DNA of 60,821 nucleotides, from assembly GCA_902530535.1 (NCBI GenBank), contig CACAAP010000005.1, positions 1 through 60,821 on the forward strand, read 5' to 3'. The notes under the pieces are model-generated. The model saw only the letters and a list, made by a program, of their open reading frames with translations, was not told where the DNA came from and searched no databases. Position numbers and translations under genes: made by a program. This DNA is from an uncultured Candidatus Poseidoniales archaeon (lineage in GTDB: Archaea > Thermoplasmatota > Poseidoniia > Poseidoniales > Thalassarchaeaceae). This document shows positions 16,467-30,200 of the stretch, piece by piece; the first letter of the stretch is position 1; each line of letters opens with the position of its first letter.

Positions 16467-18020
16467 GTGAGTGGAAACTCTGACAAGATTGACGAGCTTA
16501 GGCGTCGGAAGGCGAAGTCTCAATCAGGAGGAGGCCAAAAGAGGATTTCGGCGCAACACGCTAAAGGAAAGATGACTGCGAGAGAGAGGATCCAGGAATT
16601 ACTAGATGAGGACTCATTCACAGAAGTTGATGCTTTGGTAGAGCACAGGTGTAGAGACTTTGATATGGATAGGAATGTAATCCCTGGAGATGGAGTAGTT
16701 TGTGGTTATGGCACCATTGATGGAAGATTAGTTTACTGCTTTGCTCAAGATTTCACCGTATACGGTGGCTCCCTAGGTGAGATGCACGGGCTTAAGATAT
16801 GCAAGATTCTAGATATGGCATTGAAAACAGGAGCCCCAGTAATTGGTCTGAATGATAGCGGCGGTGCAAGGATTCAGGAAGGGGTCGCCAGTTTGGGTTC
16901 CTATGCGGAGATTTTCTTCAGAAATGTGAGATCTAGTGGAGTCATCCCTCAGATTTCTGTCATCATGGGCCCATGTGCCGGAGGAGCAGTATATTCGCCA
17001 GCGATTACAGATTTCGTTGTAATGGTTGAAGAGACCTCTCACATGTTCATTACTGGCCCAGAAGTTATCAAGACCGTTACGAATGAAGAAGTAGGATTCG
17101 AAGATTTGGGGGGGGCAACCACACATGCAACAAAATCAGGAGTAACTCACTTCACAGCAAAGGATGACCATGTAGCATTGGACATAGTTAGGGAGCTTGT
17201 ATCACTAATTCCATCCAACAACCTAGATATTGCCCCTTCAATTGAGACTAGTGATCCTCTCGAGAGAAGTTGTGATTCTCTGGACTCCCTTGTTCCCGAC
17301 GATCCCAGTCGACCATACGACATGGGCGAGGTGATTCAGGAGGTTCTAGACTTGGATAGTTTTTTAGAAATTCAGGATGGTTTTGCTCCGAATATAATTA
17401 TTGGACTAGGTAGGCTTGGGGGGCAGTCCATCGGAGTTGTGGCAAACCAGCCAATGCATCTAGCAGGTTGTCTAGATATCGATGCGTCAGTTAAAGCAGC
17501 AAGATTTGTGCGCTTTTGTGACGCATTCAACATCCCACTGTTGACTTTTGTTGACGTTCCCGGTTTTCTACCCGGTGCTAGCCAGGAGTGGGGGGGCATA
17601 ATCAGGCATGGTGCCAAACTACTCTATGCATTCGCAGAGGCAACAGTTCCCAAGATGACAGTTATCACAAGGAAGGCGTATGGAGGTGCCTATGATGTGA
17701 TGTCATCTAAGCACATAAGAGGAGATTACAACATTGCTTGGCCGACTGCTGAACTTGCAGTTATGGGTGCAAAGGGGGCCGTGCAAATTATTCATAGGAG
17801 AAGAATAGATAGTTCCAAAAATCCCGAGCAGGAGAGGCAGAGGCTAGTTGACGATTACGAGGAGTCATTTGCAAACCCATACAAGGCTGCAGCATTGGGT
17901 TATCTAGACGATGTTATCGTGCCTTCTGAAACTAGGTCTGCCCTAGTCAAGGCATTGGGTGCTATTCTGGAGAAAGAAGAGCCTAGGCCCGAGAAGAAGC
18001 ATGGAAATATCCCGTTGTGA
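16467..18020 (+). CDS. pccB: Acyl-CoA (propionyl/methylmalonyl-CoA) carboxyltransferase subunit
   Basis: [61 protein letters not shown]; GTG 16467 likely start. Confidence 0.93.
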   Translation: MSGNSDKIDELRRRKAKSQSGGGQKRISAQHAKGKMTARERIQELLDEDSFTEVDALVEHRCRDFDMDRNVIPGDGVVCGYGTIDGRLVYCFAQDFTVYGGSLGEMHGLKICKILDMALKTGAPVIGLNDSGGARIQEGVASLGSYAEIFFRNVRSSGVIPQISVIMGPCAGGAVYSPAITDFVVMVEETSHMFITGPEVIKTVTNEEVGFEDLGGATTHATKSGVTHFTAKDDHVALDIVRELVSLIPSNNLDIAPSIETSDPLERSCDSLDSLVPDDPSRPYDMGEVIQEVLDLDSFLEIQDGFAPNIIIGLGRLGGQSIGVVANQPMHLAGCLDIDASVKAARFVRFCDAFNIPLLTFVDVPGFLPGASQEWGGIIRHGAKLLYAFAEATVPKMTVITRKAYGGAYDVMSSKHIRGDYNIAWPTAELAVMGAKGAVQIIHRRRIDSSKNPEQERQRLVDDYEESFANPYKAAALGYLDDVIVPSETRSALVKALGAILEKEEPRPEKKHGNIPL

Positions 18021-18024
18021 GAGC

Positions 18025-18222
18025 ATGAGTGTTGGGGAATTAGAGTCTGAGGAAATAGTCGCAGTTATCTCAGCAGTACTATTGAGCGGCGAATTGGGAG
18101 AGGCAATTGCTCCTTCTAAGGGGAGAGAACCTGGGAGTAACTGGTCTGTTTCCCACAGAATGATGGCATCGGGAAACTCCTCATTGCTGAACTCCAAATC
18201 AAGTAGGAGCTCTAAGAGGTGA
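18025..18222 (+). CDS. Small acyl-CoA carboxylase epsilon/delta-like subunit
   Basis: EEIVAVISAVL...SNWSVSHR pattern; lies between the carboxyltransferase and biotin carrier genes. Confidence 0.6.
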   Translation: MSVGELESEEIVAVISAVLLSGELGEAIAPSKGREPGSNWSVSHRMMASGNSSLLNSKSSRSSKR

Positions 18223-18638
18223 GTAGTTTGTCTGAGAAGAGGAAAGTAACTGTTAATGGAGTAGAGTACGAAATGGATATTCAATTCGATAATGGGAAAT
18301 GGGAGGTTTCCATAGATGGAAATGTGTACGAAGTCGAGATAGATCAAGAGTCGGGGCGAGGCCAGCGGAAGAAGCGGGATTCTAACAGAGGAGGAGCGCC
18401 GAGTTCAGGACTTATTTCATCAGCGATTCCAGGAAAAATAGTGTCGGTACTAGTTTCCGAAGGTGATAAAATAGACAGTGGTAGTGTAGTAATTGTACTC
18501 GAAGCAATGAAGATGCAAAACGAAATTAAGGCCGGCATTGATGGGAAGGTTGAGAAAATCATGTGCAAACCGGGGGAGAGAATTGAGGCGAATGTACCTC
18601 TGATGGAAATTGTGGACAGTAAAAAAGAGGGTGAATGA
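18219..18638 (+). CDS. Biotin carboxyl carrier protein
   Basis: VTVNGVEYE N-term; SAIPGKIV; LEAMKMQNEI biotinylation motif. Confidence 0.95.
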   Translation: MSSLSEKRKVTVNGVEYEMDIQFDNGKWEVSIDGNVYEVEIDQESGRGQRKKRDSNRGGAPSSGLISSAIPGKIVSVLVSEGDKIDSGSVVIVLEAMKMQNEIKAGIDGKVEKIMCKPGERIEANVPLMEIVDSKKEGE

Positions 18639-18868
18639 TGGCTACTTGCGATTTCGATGATTGCTCTTCCAAAGCAACACTTGTTAGCAGGCTGTCTCCT
18701 AATGGTTATCTTGTCTCAAGCGGAAAGAAGGCATATTCTTTCAGAGAGGCATACGAACGATTCAACTATTGCAAGGACTGCCATGATAATCTCATGAAAG
18801 AAGCCTGGGACAGAGTGAGGAGTTCTGGTTCAAAAAATGAGGATCACGTTGCCCCGACTGCGGTTTAG
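18635..18868 (+). CDS. Small putative zinc-finger protein
   Basis: CDFDDC ... YCKDCH; ATGA overlap with the BCCP gene. Confidence 0.6.
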   Translation: MMATCDFDDCSSKATLVSRLSPNGYLVSSGKKAYSFREAYERFNYCKDCHDNLMKEAWDRVRSSGSKNEDHVAPTAV

Positions 18869-18906
18869 AGCGGCATGTTCATCGAACACCTCGCTCATTG
18901 GGATTC

Positions 18907-20130
18907 ATGAGAAGTTACGTCAGTCACCTAGAATGCGCATATTCGGGAGAGAGGTTTGATCGTGGAATCGTCCACACGATATCCACAATAGGGAAGCCGA
19001 TAGTCGTAAAATATGATTTGGAGAGACTATCTAAGGAGGTCCCCAGAAGTTCTATCGAAGATTCGAAAAATCCCGGTTTCTGGAGGTATTCGCCACTTCT
19101 ACCTGTAAAATTCGAAGAGAACATGGTCTCTCTTGGAGAGGTAATTACTCCTTTGATCAGACTTGAAAATCTCTCTACCATTTTGGGATTCGAGGCTGAA
19201 TCAGTTTTCATCAAAGATGAGTCAAGACTCCCTACTGGGTCATTCAAGGCTAGGGGACTTGGTATGGCAGTCTCAATGGCCAAAGAATTAGGAATTAGGC
19301 ATCTTTCAATTCCAACCAATGGGAATGCTGGATCTGCCTTGGCAGCATATGCATCCAGAGCGGGGATACGTTGCACAGTTCTTTGTCCGGACAATACTCC
19401 AGAAATCAACATAAGGGAGACACAGATTCAAGGAGCTTCGACCCATATTGTTAATGGTTTAATCGGCGAGTGCGGAAGTATAATTTCAGAGGGAATGGAA
19501 GAGATAGACTGGTTCGCAGTGTCGACTCTGAAAGAGCCTTACAGAATCGAAGGCAAGAAAACCATGGGTCTTGAGCTTGCTGAGCAGATGGATTGGAATC
19601 TTCCTGATGTAATATTCTACCCCACGGGAGGGGGGACTGGAATTATTGGAATGTGGAAGTGCTTTCACGAGTTGAAAGAGCTCGGGTGGATCGACTGTAA
19701 ATTACCCAAGATGATATCAGTACAGTCGACAGGATGTGCGCCAATAGTCAAGGCATGGGAAGAGGGTAGAGAATTCGCAGAATTCTGGGAAAATGCGGAG
19801 ACGATCTCCTCTGGCATTAGAGTACCATCGGCTCTGGGTGACTTCCTGATCTTGGATGCTGTAAGATCATCAGGAGGATTAGCGATGGCAGTATCTGACG
19901 AGGAGACTTTGGAAATACAGGAGCAAGTTGGAAAGAAGGAGGGTTTGCTCCTATGCCCAGAGGGTGCTGCAGTGGTAGCCGCGTACCGAGAATGTATCAA
20001 GACTGGGTCAGTCTCAACGAATGATTCTGTAGTCCTTTTCAACACAGCGACGGGGCTGAAATATCCAATGCCAGAGGTTGTTTCTTCAATTGATAAGAAT
20101 AATGTTGATTACACTATATTCTCTAAATGA
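18907..20130 (+). CDS. thrC: Threonine synthase (PLP-dependent, fold II)
   Basis: KDESRLPTGSFKARG, PTNGNAG, EPYRIEGKKTMG, YPTGGGTG, NTATGLKY. Confidence 0.85.
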   Translation: MRSYVSHLECAYSGERFDRGIVHTISTIGKPIVVKYDLERLSKEVPRSSIEDSKNPGFWRYSPLLPVKFEENMVSLGEVITPLIRLENLSTILGFEAESVFIKDESRLPTGSFKARGLGMAVSMAKELGIRHLSIPTNGNAGSALAAYASRAGIRCTVLCPDNTPEINIRETQIQGASTHIVNGLIGECGSIISEGMEEIDWFAVSTLKEPYRIEGKKTMGLELAEQMDWNLPDVIFYPTGGGTGIIGMWKCFHELKELGWIDCKLPKMISVQSTGCAPIVKAWEEGREFAEFWENAETISSGIRVPSALGDFLILDAVRSSGGLAMAVSDEETLEIQEQVGKKEGLLLCPEGAAVVAAYRECIKTGSVSTNDSVVLFNTATGLKYPMPEVVSSIDKNNVDYTIFSK

Positions 20131-20785
20131 GTCCCAGTGCATCCTCTATCCTATTTAATTCCGGGCCGGTTGATCCTGAGCCAACTAACGCGTGTGTATC
20201 GCTAGCACAGCATCCAGCGCCAACGAACGGGGAGCCAAAGGTCACAGTTCCGACCATAACAGGGGCCTGCATTGCTTCCTCTATCGCCTCTGCTTCTGCA
20301 CTCTTAACGTCAGGATGAATCAGGACTCCGTTGTTGTTTGCCACCATCATGCTTCCAACAGTTCCATGGCCTGCTACCTGAGAGCGAATTGCTGTCACGG
20401 ATAACACGTCTGAAATCATCTCCGCTCCAGCAACCGGGATTGTCGGACTTACTATGGCACCTTTGTCATTACATTCGATTAGATTCCCAGCGGCATTGAC
20501 TCCGCTCTCCAGAATTACCACATCTCCGAAGCTGGATAATTCGTCCAAGTCATCCTGTGTTGCAATATCTGCCACTGCCACTCCCTTCTTATTTCCGCGA
20601 ATCAGGCTCCCCAGGAGGGCAGATCCGCCGATTGTAATCCTATGAGATTCCATATCAAATGATGACTCGATCTCTTTTGCTATCTCGTCTTCCAATGTAC
20701 TGGGTATGAATAGTACATCCCCGACGACACTTAGGTAAACTCCAACTTGAGAGTGTCCGAGTATATCACCGGTGGAAATTGGCAT
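20123..20785 (-). CDS. eif6: Translation initiation/anti-association factor aIF6
   Basis: True start MPISTGDILG at 20785 (AGGTG SD); GSLIRGNKKG, GNLIECNDKG, VANNNG, GTVTFGSPFVGAG, TGPELNRIEDAL. Confidence 0.92.
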   Translation of the reverse strand: MPISTGDILGHSQVGVYLSVVGDVLFIPSTLEDEIAKEIESSFDMESHRITIGGSALLGSLIRGNKKGVAVADIATQDDLDELSSFGDVVILESGVNAAGNLIECNDKGAIVSPTIPVAGAEMISDVLSVTAIRSQVAGHGTVGSMMVANNNGVLIHPDVKSAEAEAIEEAMQAPVMVGTVTFGSPFVGAGCCASDTHALVGSGSTGPELNRIEDALGLI

Positions 20786-20845
20786 CTTGACACCTGAATT
20801 GACAACGTCTATCGTTAAAATTTTGTTGCGGGGAGGTGAAGGAGA

Positions 20846-20967
20846 GTGGCACAGCGACGGTCTTTCCCGTGGGCTTTCGCACCACAGTACCGGAACCGAC
20901 GCAGGAGGGCTTGACTTCCGGGTTCGATATGGGGCCGGGTAGGACCCCTCCGCTATGGCCGTGCACA
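20846..20967 (-). rRNA. rrf: 5S rRNA (ends approximate)
   Basis: Reverse complement GCACGGCCATAGCGGAGGGG..CCCGGCCCCATATCGAACCCGGAAGTCAAGCCCTCC..GTACTG..GGGAAAGACCGTCGCTGTGC. Confidence 0.95.
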
Positions 20968-20985
20968 ACTCTTCCTTCGAATGTG

Positions 20986-21018
20986 AATTGATATGCTCTT
21001 TTGGACAGAGACTCACAT
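20986..21018 (-). other. 3' arm of the 23S pre-rRNA processing stem (bulge-helix-bulge)
   Basis: Transcript AUGUGAG-UCUCU-GUCC-[AAA]-AG-A-GCAUAUCAAUU is complementary to the arm at 23943-23975. Confidence 0.8.
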
Positions 21019-21039
21019 GTAGTGTGTATCTCGAAATTT

Positions 21040-23920
<2,881 letters not shown>

Positions 23921-23942
23921 TTATTTCTTATTGTACTCACTA

Positions 23943-23975
23943 ATGTGAGGCCTCTGGTGTCCAGGCATATCAATT
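23943..23975 (-). other. 5' arm of the 23S pre-rRNA processing stem (bulge-helix-bulge)
   Basis: Transcript AAUUGAUAUGC-CU-GGAC-[ACC]-AGAGG-C-CUCACAU pairs with 20986-21018. Confidence 0.8.
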
Positions 23976-24157
23976 CTGGTTTCTCGGGCCACTACGTCTC
24001 CCCGCAGGGCGCAGCAGCCTCAACCACTTACCCTGATAGGCAATCTATCAGAGCGCACAAAGCAGGCTTGCGACCAACCTATGGTATTTGAACAAGACGG
24101 GAGACTAGCCACATCGGACAAAGCAGAACAACAGTGCAAACTAACGAAATATTGGAG

Positions 24158-24370
24158 TTATGGGGCGTGATTTATTCCATATGGTATGCGTATTTCTTCA
24201 AGCAAATGAGGAGCAAACTCAATCCCGTATGGCAAATCAAATTCTTCGTATCTGATGTCATCTTCTTGATTTTCAAGAGTTTTTTGATTATGGCCGCAAG
24301 CCGGACATATTCCGATTTGAAGTAGTTCCATCCCACAAACAGCGCATGTAGTGATTATTGGGTCCCCCAT
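24158..24370 (-). CDS. Small zinc-ribbon protein
   Basis: CAVCG...CPACG, plus a duplicated PYGI(E/N)xAP motif; 4 nt downstream of the permease. Confidence 0.65.
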   Translation of the reverse strand: MGDPIITTCAVCGMELLQIGICPACGHNQKTLENQEDDIRYEEFDLPYGIEFAPHLLEEIRIPYGINHAP

Positions 24371-24374
24371 CTAC

Positions 24375-25982
24375 TCACTCCAACTCATAATCAATCTTCG
24401 ACTCTCTTGGCGGTGGTCCGTATATCATCGGCGTGAGGGATAAAGATGCCAACATCATCACTCCGATGATAGTTGCCGGAATAAGCCCATTATCCCATTG
24501 AATTGCGTACCTGACAACGCAGTAAACTGTCGCCAGTGCTACACTAAGAAGCATTATTGGATAACCTGTTTTGAAGAATCGATTGAAAGATATGTCATGA
24601 CCAGATTCCTCCGCGAGTCCTGCAGCAACAACGTTAGCAGAAGCCCCGATTATGGTGCCGTTTCCACCCAAGCATGCTCCTAGTGCCAATGCCCATGCAA
24701 GAGGTCCAAGTTGCAAGCCTAATTCTGGATCTTCTGCTAGCTTGATTACCACAGGAACCATAGTAGCCGTGTACGGTATGTTGTCAATAAAAGCCGAGGC
24801 GATCGCGGACACCCATAGTAGCAGAAGTACAGAAACCATCAGTCTATTCTGCTCTGAGGCTCCCTTTATCGTATCAGAAATTCCGTCTGCTATAGTGTCA
24901 ATCATTCCCATGTTCTCAAGACCGTGGATCATGATAAATAATCCAGCAAAGAAAATTATTGTTGTCCATTCGACTCCATCTAATTGTTCCTCTACATGGT
25001 GCGGGGAGGTTACCAAAAGCATCAGAATGGCACCTCCCAAGGCTATTGTAGCGACGGTCAGTAAGGGGTGATGGAATGCGGAGTGAGCGAAGAATGAAAT
25101 GATGACTAATGCTAAAATCGCACCTGATTTCTTTAGCAATTTTACATCCTTGATACCATACCTCAGCCTCAGTAAGTCCACGTTTCGATGTTTCTCTCCG
25201 GATAGTCCATTGGATTCCAATTTAGATAACAACCAGAAGGAAGGGGCCATCGCGATTACCACGGCTGGTCCAACATGGATGATGAAATCTAGGAACGTAA
25301 TACCCTGATCTGCTAAGCCGGTTCCAGATAGGGCCTGTGCAGATAGTTGGGCACCGATTATAATGTTCGGAGGATCCCCGATTTGTGTTGCTGCTCCTCC
25401 AATATTAGAAAACATCACTTCTGCTATAATGAGTGGCACTGGTTCTAAGTCCAGGACCTTAGCTATCTGTATGGTAACTGGAACTATTAGCAAAATCGTC
25501 GTAACATTGTCTAGGAAAGCGGAAAATACGGCTGTAATAGTACACAGTATTACGGAAAGCCGCCATATGGAACCTCCACTAAGAGCATAAGCTTGCACGG
25601 CAGCCCACTCGAAAACCCCAGTTTTCCCCAGTATGTCGACTATTACCATCATACCGATCAATAATCCGATTGTTTCCTCATCTATCCAGGTAACGATAGT
25701 TCCAAGGTCGGGCCCATCACCAATGACATGTAGAGTTACAACAGCCGCTACCCCGCCGAGAGCGGCAGCAAGAGCTCGGTGCACGACCTCGAAAATAATC
25801 AGTGTATAGACTGCGATTAGAATGGCGAAAGATGCAGGCACTGCCCAGCTAGGCATCTCTGGTGGCTCCCACATTCCAGAGTTAGAGGATGCAGCCATGA
25901 CAGACGGTAAGAAAATGGTTAGCAACAATAGGAGGTAGGCCGCCAAAGTAATGGGACTTCTTGCTATCCTGAAGACATTCAT
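24375..25982 (-). CDS. ArsB/NhaD (ion transporter superfamily, P-protein-like) permease
   Basis: SAFLDNVTT, SNIGGAATQIGDPPNIII, SAFIDNIPY, LGGNGTIIGASAN. Confidence 0.9.
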   Translation of the reverse strand: MNVFRIARSPITLAAYLLLLLTIFLPSVMAASSNSGMWEPPEMPSWAVPASFAILIAVYTLIIFEVVHRALAAALGGVAAVVTLHVIGDGPDLGTIVTWIDEETIGLLIGMMVIVDILGKTGVFEWAAVQAYALSGGSIWRLSVILCTITAVFSAFLDNVTTILLIVPVTIQIAKVLDLEPVPLIIAEVMFSNIGGAATQIGDPPNIIIGAQLSAQALSGTGLADQGITFLDFIIHVGPAVVIAMAPSFWLLSKLESNGLSGEKHRNVDLLRLRYGIKDVKLLKKSGAILALVIISFFAHSAFHHPLLTVATIALGGAILMLLVTSPHHVEEQLDGVEWTTIIFFAGLFIMIHGLENMGMIDTIADGISDTIKGASEQNRLMVSVLLLLWVSAIASAFIDNIPYTATMVPVVIKLAEDPELGLQLGPLAWALALGACLGGNGTIIGASANVVAAGLAEESGHDISFNRFFKTGYPIMLLSVALATVYCVVRYAIQWDNGLIPATIIGVMMLASLSLTPMIYGPPPRESKIDYELE

Positions 25983-26014
25983 TGTGCACTCCTCTGATAT
26001 GATGAATATGAACG

Positions 26015-26296
26015 CTACTGGCCACTGGCCTTACAAAATACTGCAACATTGCCTCTTTGAAATATCACAGAAGAGTTAGATTCTTCTGCAATCCTTGTGA
26101 AAATCTGTGTTCTATCATCCTTATTCGAGGCTATTCCTTTGTTTATTTTGAGTTTAACAACGGTCCTTTTTTTCAGTTGGTTCTCTAATTCAGAGATCAA
26201 ACTGGTATTAACTCCATCTTTACCGATTCTAATGGAGACTTCCAATGACTCACTTTTTGCCAATTTAACCAAATGTGACAGTGGTCTTTTCTTCAT
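26015..26296 (-). CDS. YhbY/CRM-domain RNA-binding protein
   Basis: IRIGKDGV...ELENQLKKRTVVKLK...RGNVAVF. Confidence 0.85.
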   Translation of the reverse strand: MKKRPLSHLVKLAKSESLEVSIRIGKDGVNTSLISELENQLKKRTVVKLKINKGIASNKDDRTQIFTRIAEESNSSVIFQRGNVAVFCKASGQ

Positions 26297-26622
26297 TAGC
26301 AATCACCATCTATATCCAGAATCTCGCGATTCACTCGCCCACACCTAAGGCATGTTCTGAAAATAACTTTTGATGTCACTCTAATCCTAGATGTTTGTCC
26401 TGGTAATAGAGATTTCTTGCAAGACCGACAAATCATTTTTTTTACTTCGCGGCTTGATCTTTTTCCGTGTTTCTTACCAATAGCCAGAATGTGCCTAGCA
26501 ACCGTGTCGGAGGTTTGCGAATCGTTAGGTAGAGATCTTGCGAATATTTTCTCAAGGAATTCTACGGATTCCGTCGCTTGTTCATTTTTATTGGGCCTTA
26601 TTCGTCGACTACGTCTGGCCAT
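26296..26622 (-). CDS. rnp4: Ribonuclease P protein Rpp21
   Basis: KKMICRSCKKSLLPG..RIRV...TCLRCGR; adjacent to YhbY as usual in archaea. Confidence 0.85.
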   Translation of the reverse strand: MARRSRRIRPNKNEQATESVEFLEKIFARSLPNDSQTSDTVARHILAIGKKHGKRSSREVKKMICRSCKKSLLPGQTSRIRVTSKVIFRTCLRCGRVNREILDIDGDC

Positions 26623-26632
26623 TTTTTCGACC

Positions 26633-27256
26633 TCAAAGATATGACAATATCTTAGAAATGGATCTTGCCACTTCTTCAATGGGCCCAGTCCCTTCTACGG
26701 AGTATAGTATTCCTTTTTCCATGTACCATTCGCCAAGTGGCTTTGTTTGTTCGTGGTAGGATGATAGCCGCGTCCTAACTGTTTCCTCATTGTCGTCCTT
26801 CCTCTGGATAAGACGGTGTGCGATTTCAGGAGGAGGGGGTTTGAAACTGACATGGTAAATTTCGCCAGTTTCGGGATCCATCCTCCTTCCTACAATCCTG
26901 TTTACTATATCTTCATCGGGAACCTCTATGGAGATAACGGTCGATACCTCAGTAATTGATTCAAGGGCCTCTGCTTGAGGAATTGTCCTGGGAAACCCAT
27001 CGAATAAGACCCCATTGCTAGCGTCTGATTCATTCATTCTGTCTTTAATTAGTCCAATAATCACATTATCTGGTACTAGTTGTCCTGACTCCATATATTT
27101 CTTAGCCTCTAAACCGAGTTCATTCTCCTTGGATAGAGCCAATCTAAGCATATCCCCGGTTGAAACCTGTGGCTTACCAGTCAATTCTACAATCTTATCG
27201 GCCTGAGTCCCCTTTCCTGCTCCAGGAGGTCCGAACAGCACTATTGAGCCTGTCAT
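26633..27256 (-). CDS. adk: Adenylate kinase (bacterial-type, LID-containing)
   Basis: FGPPGAGKGTQA, STGDMLR, DGFPRT, QRKDDNEETV. Confidence 0.96.
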   Translation of the reverse strand: MTGSIVLFGPPGAGKGTQADKIVELTGKPQVSTGDMLRLALSKENELGLEAKKYMESGQLVPDNVIIGLIKDRMNESDASNGVLFDGFPRTIPQAEALESITEVSTVISIEVPDEDIVNRIVGRRMDPETGEIYHVSFKPPPPEIAHRLIQRKDDNEETVRTRLSSYHEQTKPLGEWYMEKGILYSVEGTGPIEEVARSISKILSYL

Positions 27257-27295
27257 GAATTTATGGCGCGAGAAGTCACAGAAAAATGAACCGGC

Positions 27296-30200
27296 TCAGG
27301 GACCGTTCTGTTCCCACCAGAGATGCCCATATGCTACCCATTGTTCCATTGACCACCCATCTGGAAGTCCGGTTATTGGTAGCGGCATCGCTCCTTCGGG
27401 AACTTGGTGAGTGGGGAGAGTGGGTACAGTTGCCTGAAGCGTATCATTAATCTCTGACTCTGAGACCCCCCCAGTAACAACGTCCCCAGTGGTGTAGGTA
27501 TCGAGAGCAGCTGCTCTTCTTTCTTCCTTGGTACCTGCCTGGAGAGCTGATCCTCGTGGAATCAATTCTTCATCTGAATCAACTGGGGAGAATTCCTGTC
27601 TGGCCCTAATCCCAAGTGAGATTAATGCACCCAATGCAACTACGAACAGTACTGCTAGAGTCCAAGCTGGGAGGCCTAAAGTTTCGAACAATCCAGAAAT
27701 TCCTCCTTGATTTGAGGATTTAGACTTGCTAACATCAACAATAAAGGACGAGTTAGTAAGAGTTACCATGCTGTCTTGAGATGTTGAGTTGGCATAGAAT
27801 CGCAACTGAGTGAGTCCGTCCTCTGCCGATTTTCTAGGGCTTATTGAAACTATAATTTCGTAATGTTCCCCTGGTTCTAATTCGTCTGCTGGCCATTGGT
27901 ATTTTACAGTCCAACCATCGAGTTCTTCATGGTTGATGAATATCGGAGATTTAGTGTTGCCCTTGTTTTGTACTTCCAATACTAGAGGTGTTTCCTCTCC
28001 CTCGGCAATTCCCTGAATGCTGGAGGTTTCAGATTGAACTTCCAGCCAAACTGAGGGTAGAACCATTACATCCATATCTATTGTGATTGTTTCAGTGGAT
28101 AGGCTGGGCGACGTAGACTGGATTATCACTGGAACCTTATGCGAGAGAGTCCCGGAGGGGGTGCCGCTAGGCAACTGTAGTGCGATATTGACTACAGAGT
28201 CCCTATTCATGTCCATGGAGAAAGTGCTGCCTGTCAGGAAACCTCCGGACCAACCATCAGGAAGAGTGCCGAGTGTGAGTTCAATCAACAGCGGTACGTT
28301 TCCCGAATTATGCAAGAAAATATTGGCATTCCCATCTCGCCCCAAAGAGATTGAGAATCCTTCTTCGGCCTGAACATCTAGAGTTGTGATCTCTTTTACT
28401 TCCAGAACCGTCGCATTCGTGACGATATTGTCGTCTAAAGTAGTCTTGATAGTGACTGTGTTTTTGTCGCCTTTTTCTGAAGCTAGGGGAACAATGGTCC
28501 TGATAATTATTATAGATTCTGAACCAGGAACGATATCTGTTTGTATTGTTGTGGCCTCTCCTAATGGAGGGTCTTCACCGGACAGATAAACCTGAATTGG
28601 CCAAGTATTGCTAGATGATAGTGCCCTTACGTCGAAACTTAGTGGAATGTTTCCCCTATTGTAAATTGTTAGTATTGTAGAAATTGTGTCTCCATTTTGT
28701 ACAGCGCGAGATTCAGTTATGGCTACGGGCCCAAATTCGTTTCCTTCCATATCTGAAATCTGAGTTGAGAATGCCCTGCTCTCTAGAACTTCGACTGTGG
28801 CGGTCTCCGTAGTTTGCAGATTTGGGTCATTGACCGAAGTTGTGATGCAAGTTACTAGATTTGTATCTCCTGCGAGGATTCCAGATGAGGCTGGTGGGAC
28901 CTTTACACGAATCGGAACAGGAACGAATTGGAGCCTACTAAGCGGACCAATTGTTACTTCGGGAACCTGACTGCTTCCTACGTGAACTATCCATCTATCT
29001 TCTGTTTCACAAGAAATTCCGTATTCAGTGGGTCCATTGCCTATGTTCCTAACCGAGAGGGTGAAAAGTGCGAATTCATTTGGTTCGGCTCCTAGATCTT
29101 CTGTCCCAGCGGGAACCGTGTAGAGTCCTTCGACCCTGTCGATATCAACAGAAAGACGAACAGAATGCGAAATTGTTGGTGCCATCTTGTCGTATAGAAT
29201 GAGGTCGGTAACAAAATGGCCGGGAAGTGCGAATCTACTCTCTACGTCAGCATCTTCATCTGTCAAATTCAGAGAAATTAGGACTCTGTCTCCGGACTCT
29301 CCGGATGGAGACAGGACCCAGGGTCCTGAATCGCTAAGTGTCTCTGACCACTCATCCTGAGGAGACGACATGATTCCAGAATCGCCTATTTCCTGGACTG
29401 CAGAAATCGAAAGTTCCACAGTGGTCTCCGAAGTTCCCTCGTTAAGTAGCTCCAACTGGAAGTTTGCCCAGCTCTCGGTACTGGGGTTGATGTCCCTATT
29501 CTTAGCAGACTGAGACTCCACGAAATCAGTAGGATAAGACCCATCTTCCATTAGGGGGATGATTCTTACACCAATCTCTGTAACGTTAAATTCTAGATCG
29601 AAGATGTTGTTATTCATCCCGATGGTCTCGTCATTCAATTCATCCACTTGAGAAAGGTAATCTAGGGTTAGTCTAACCAAGTGAGTCCCAGTCGACTGGA
29701 ATGAGTGGTAAATGGAGAATGTCTCGATCTGCCCGCCCGGTAGTGAGGGCATTGAGTATGTCCCTATTTCGTTTCCATCTGTCACATCTTCAAGAGAAAT
29801 TGAGTACTGTCCGGTTGGTGCTACAGCCTGATTTATCCATGAAAGTTGCATGGAAATCGTGTCCCCCTTTAGAGGACTGGTTTCTGAACTGAAAATTGAA
29901 TTGGGAACTACGGTTAAGTCGGCCTCTTGCAACTCAATTGCGTTGGAAGAAAAAACCAGTGAGAAGTCTTGAGAAAAGCCTCCGGAATGTCCTATCTTGA
30001 CTGTCCAAATTCCTGGTTCAGTAGAAGCAATTCTGACCCTCTCTAGGTTGTTCAAATTATCGATATTACCCATTGACTGGCTAAAACCGCTAGCGAAGTC
30101 GTTACCGTTGAATTTCTCTCCCGAAGGTGAAGTTACCACTAAGTCTAGATTGTTGACTAGCCGACTTGTATTTTGGTCTGCTGATACAGATCCTTCCCGA

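Noticed and set aside
18635-18868. CKDCH (CxxCH) motif as the missing cytochrome c
   Set aside because: No signal peptide or TM, paired with an N-terminal CxxxxC and coupled to the biotin carrier gene; better explained as a cytoplasmic zinc finger
20786-21016. Apparent 76-aa N-terminal extension of aIF6, and ORF 20766-20966
   Set aside because: Overlap the 5S rRNA; the real start is ATG 20785 with an SD
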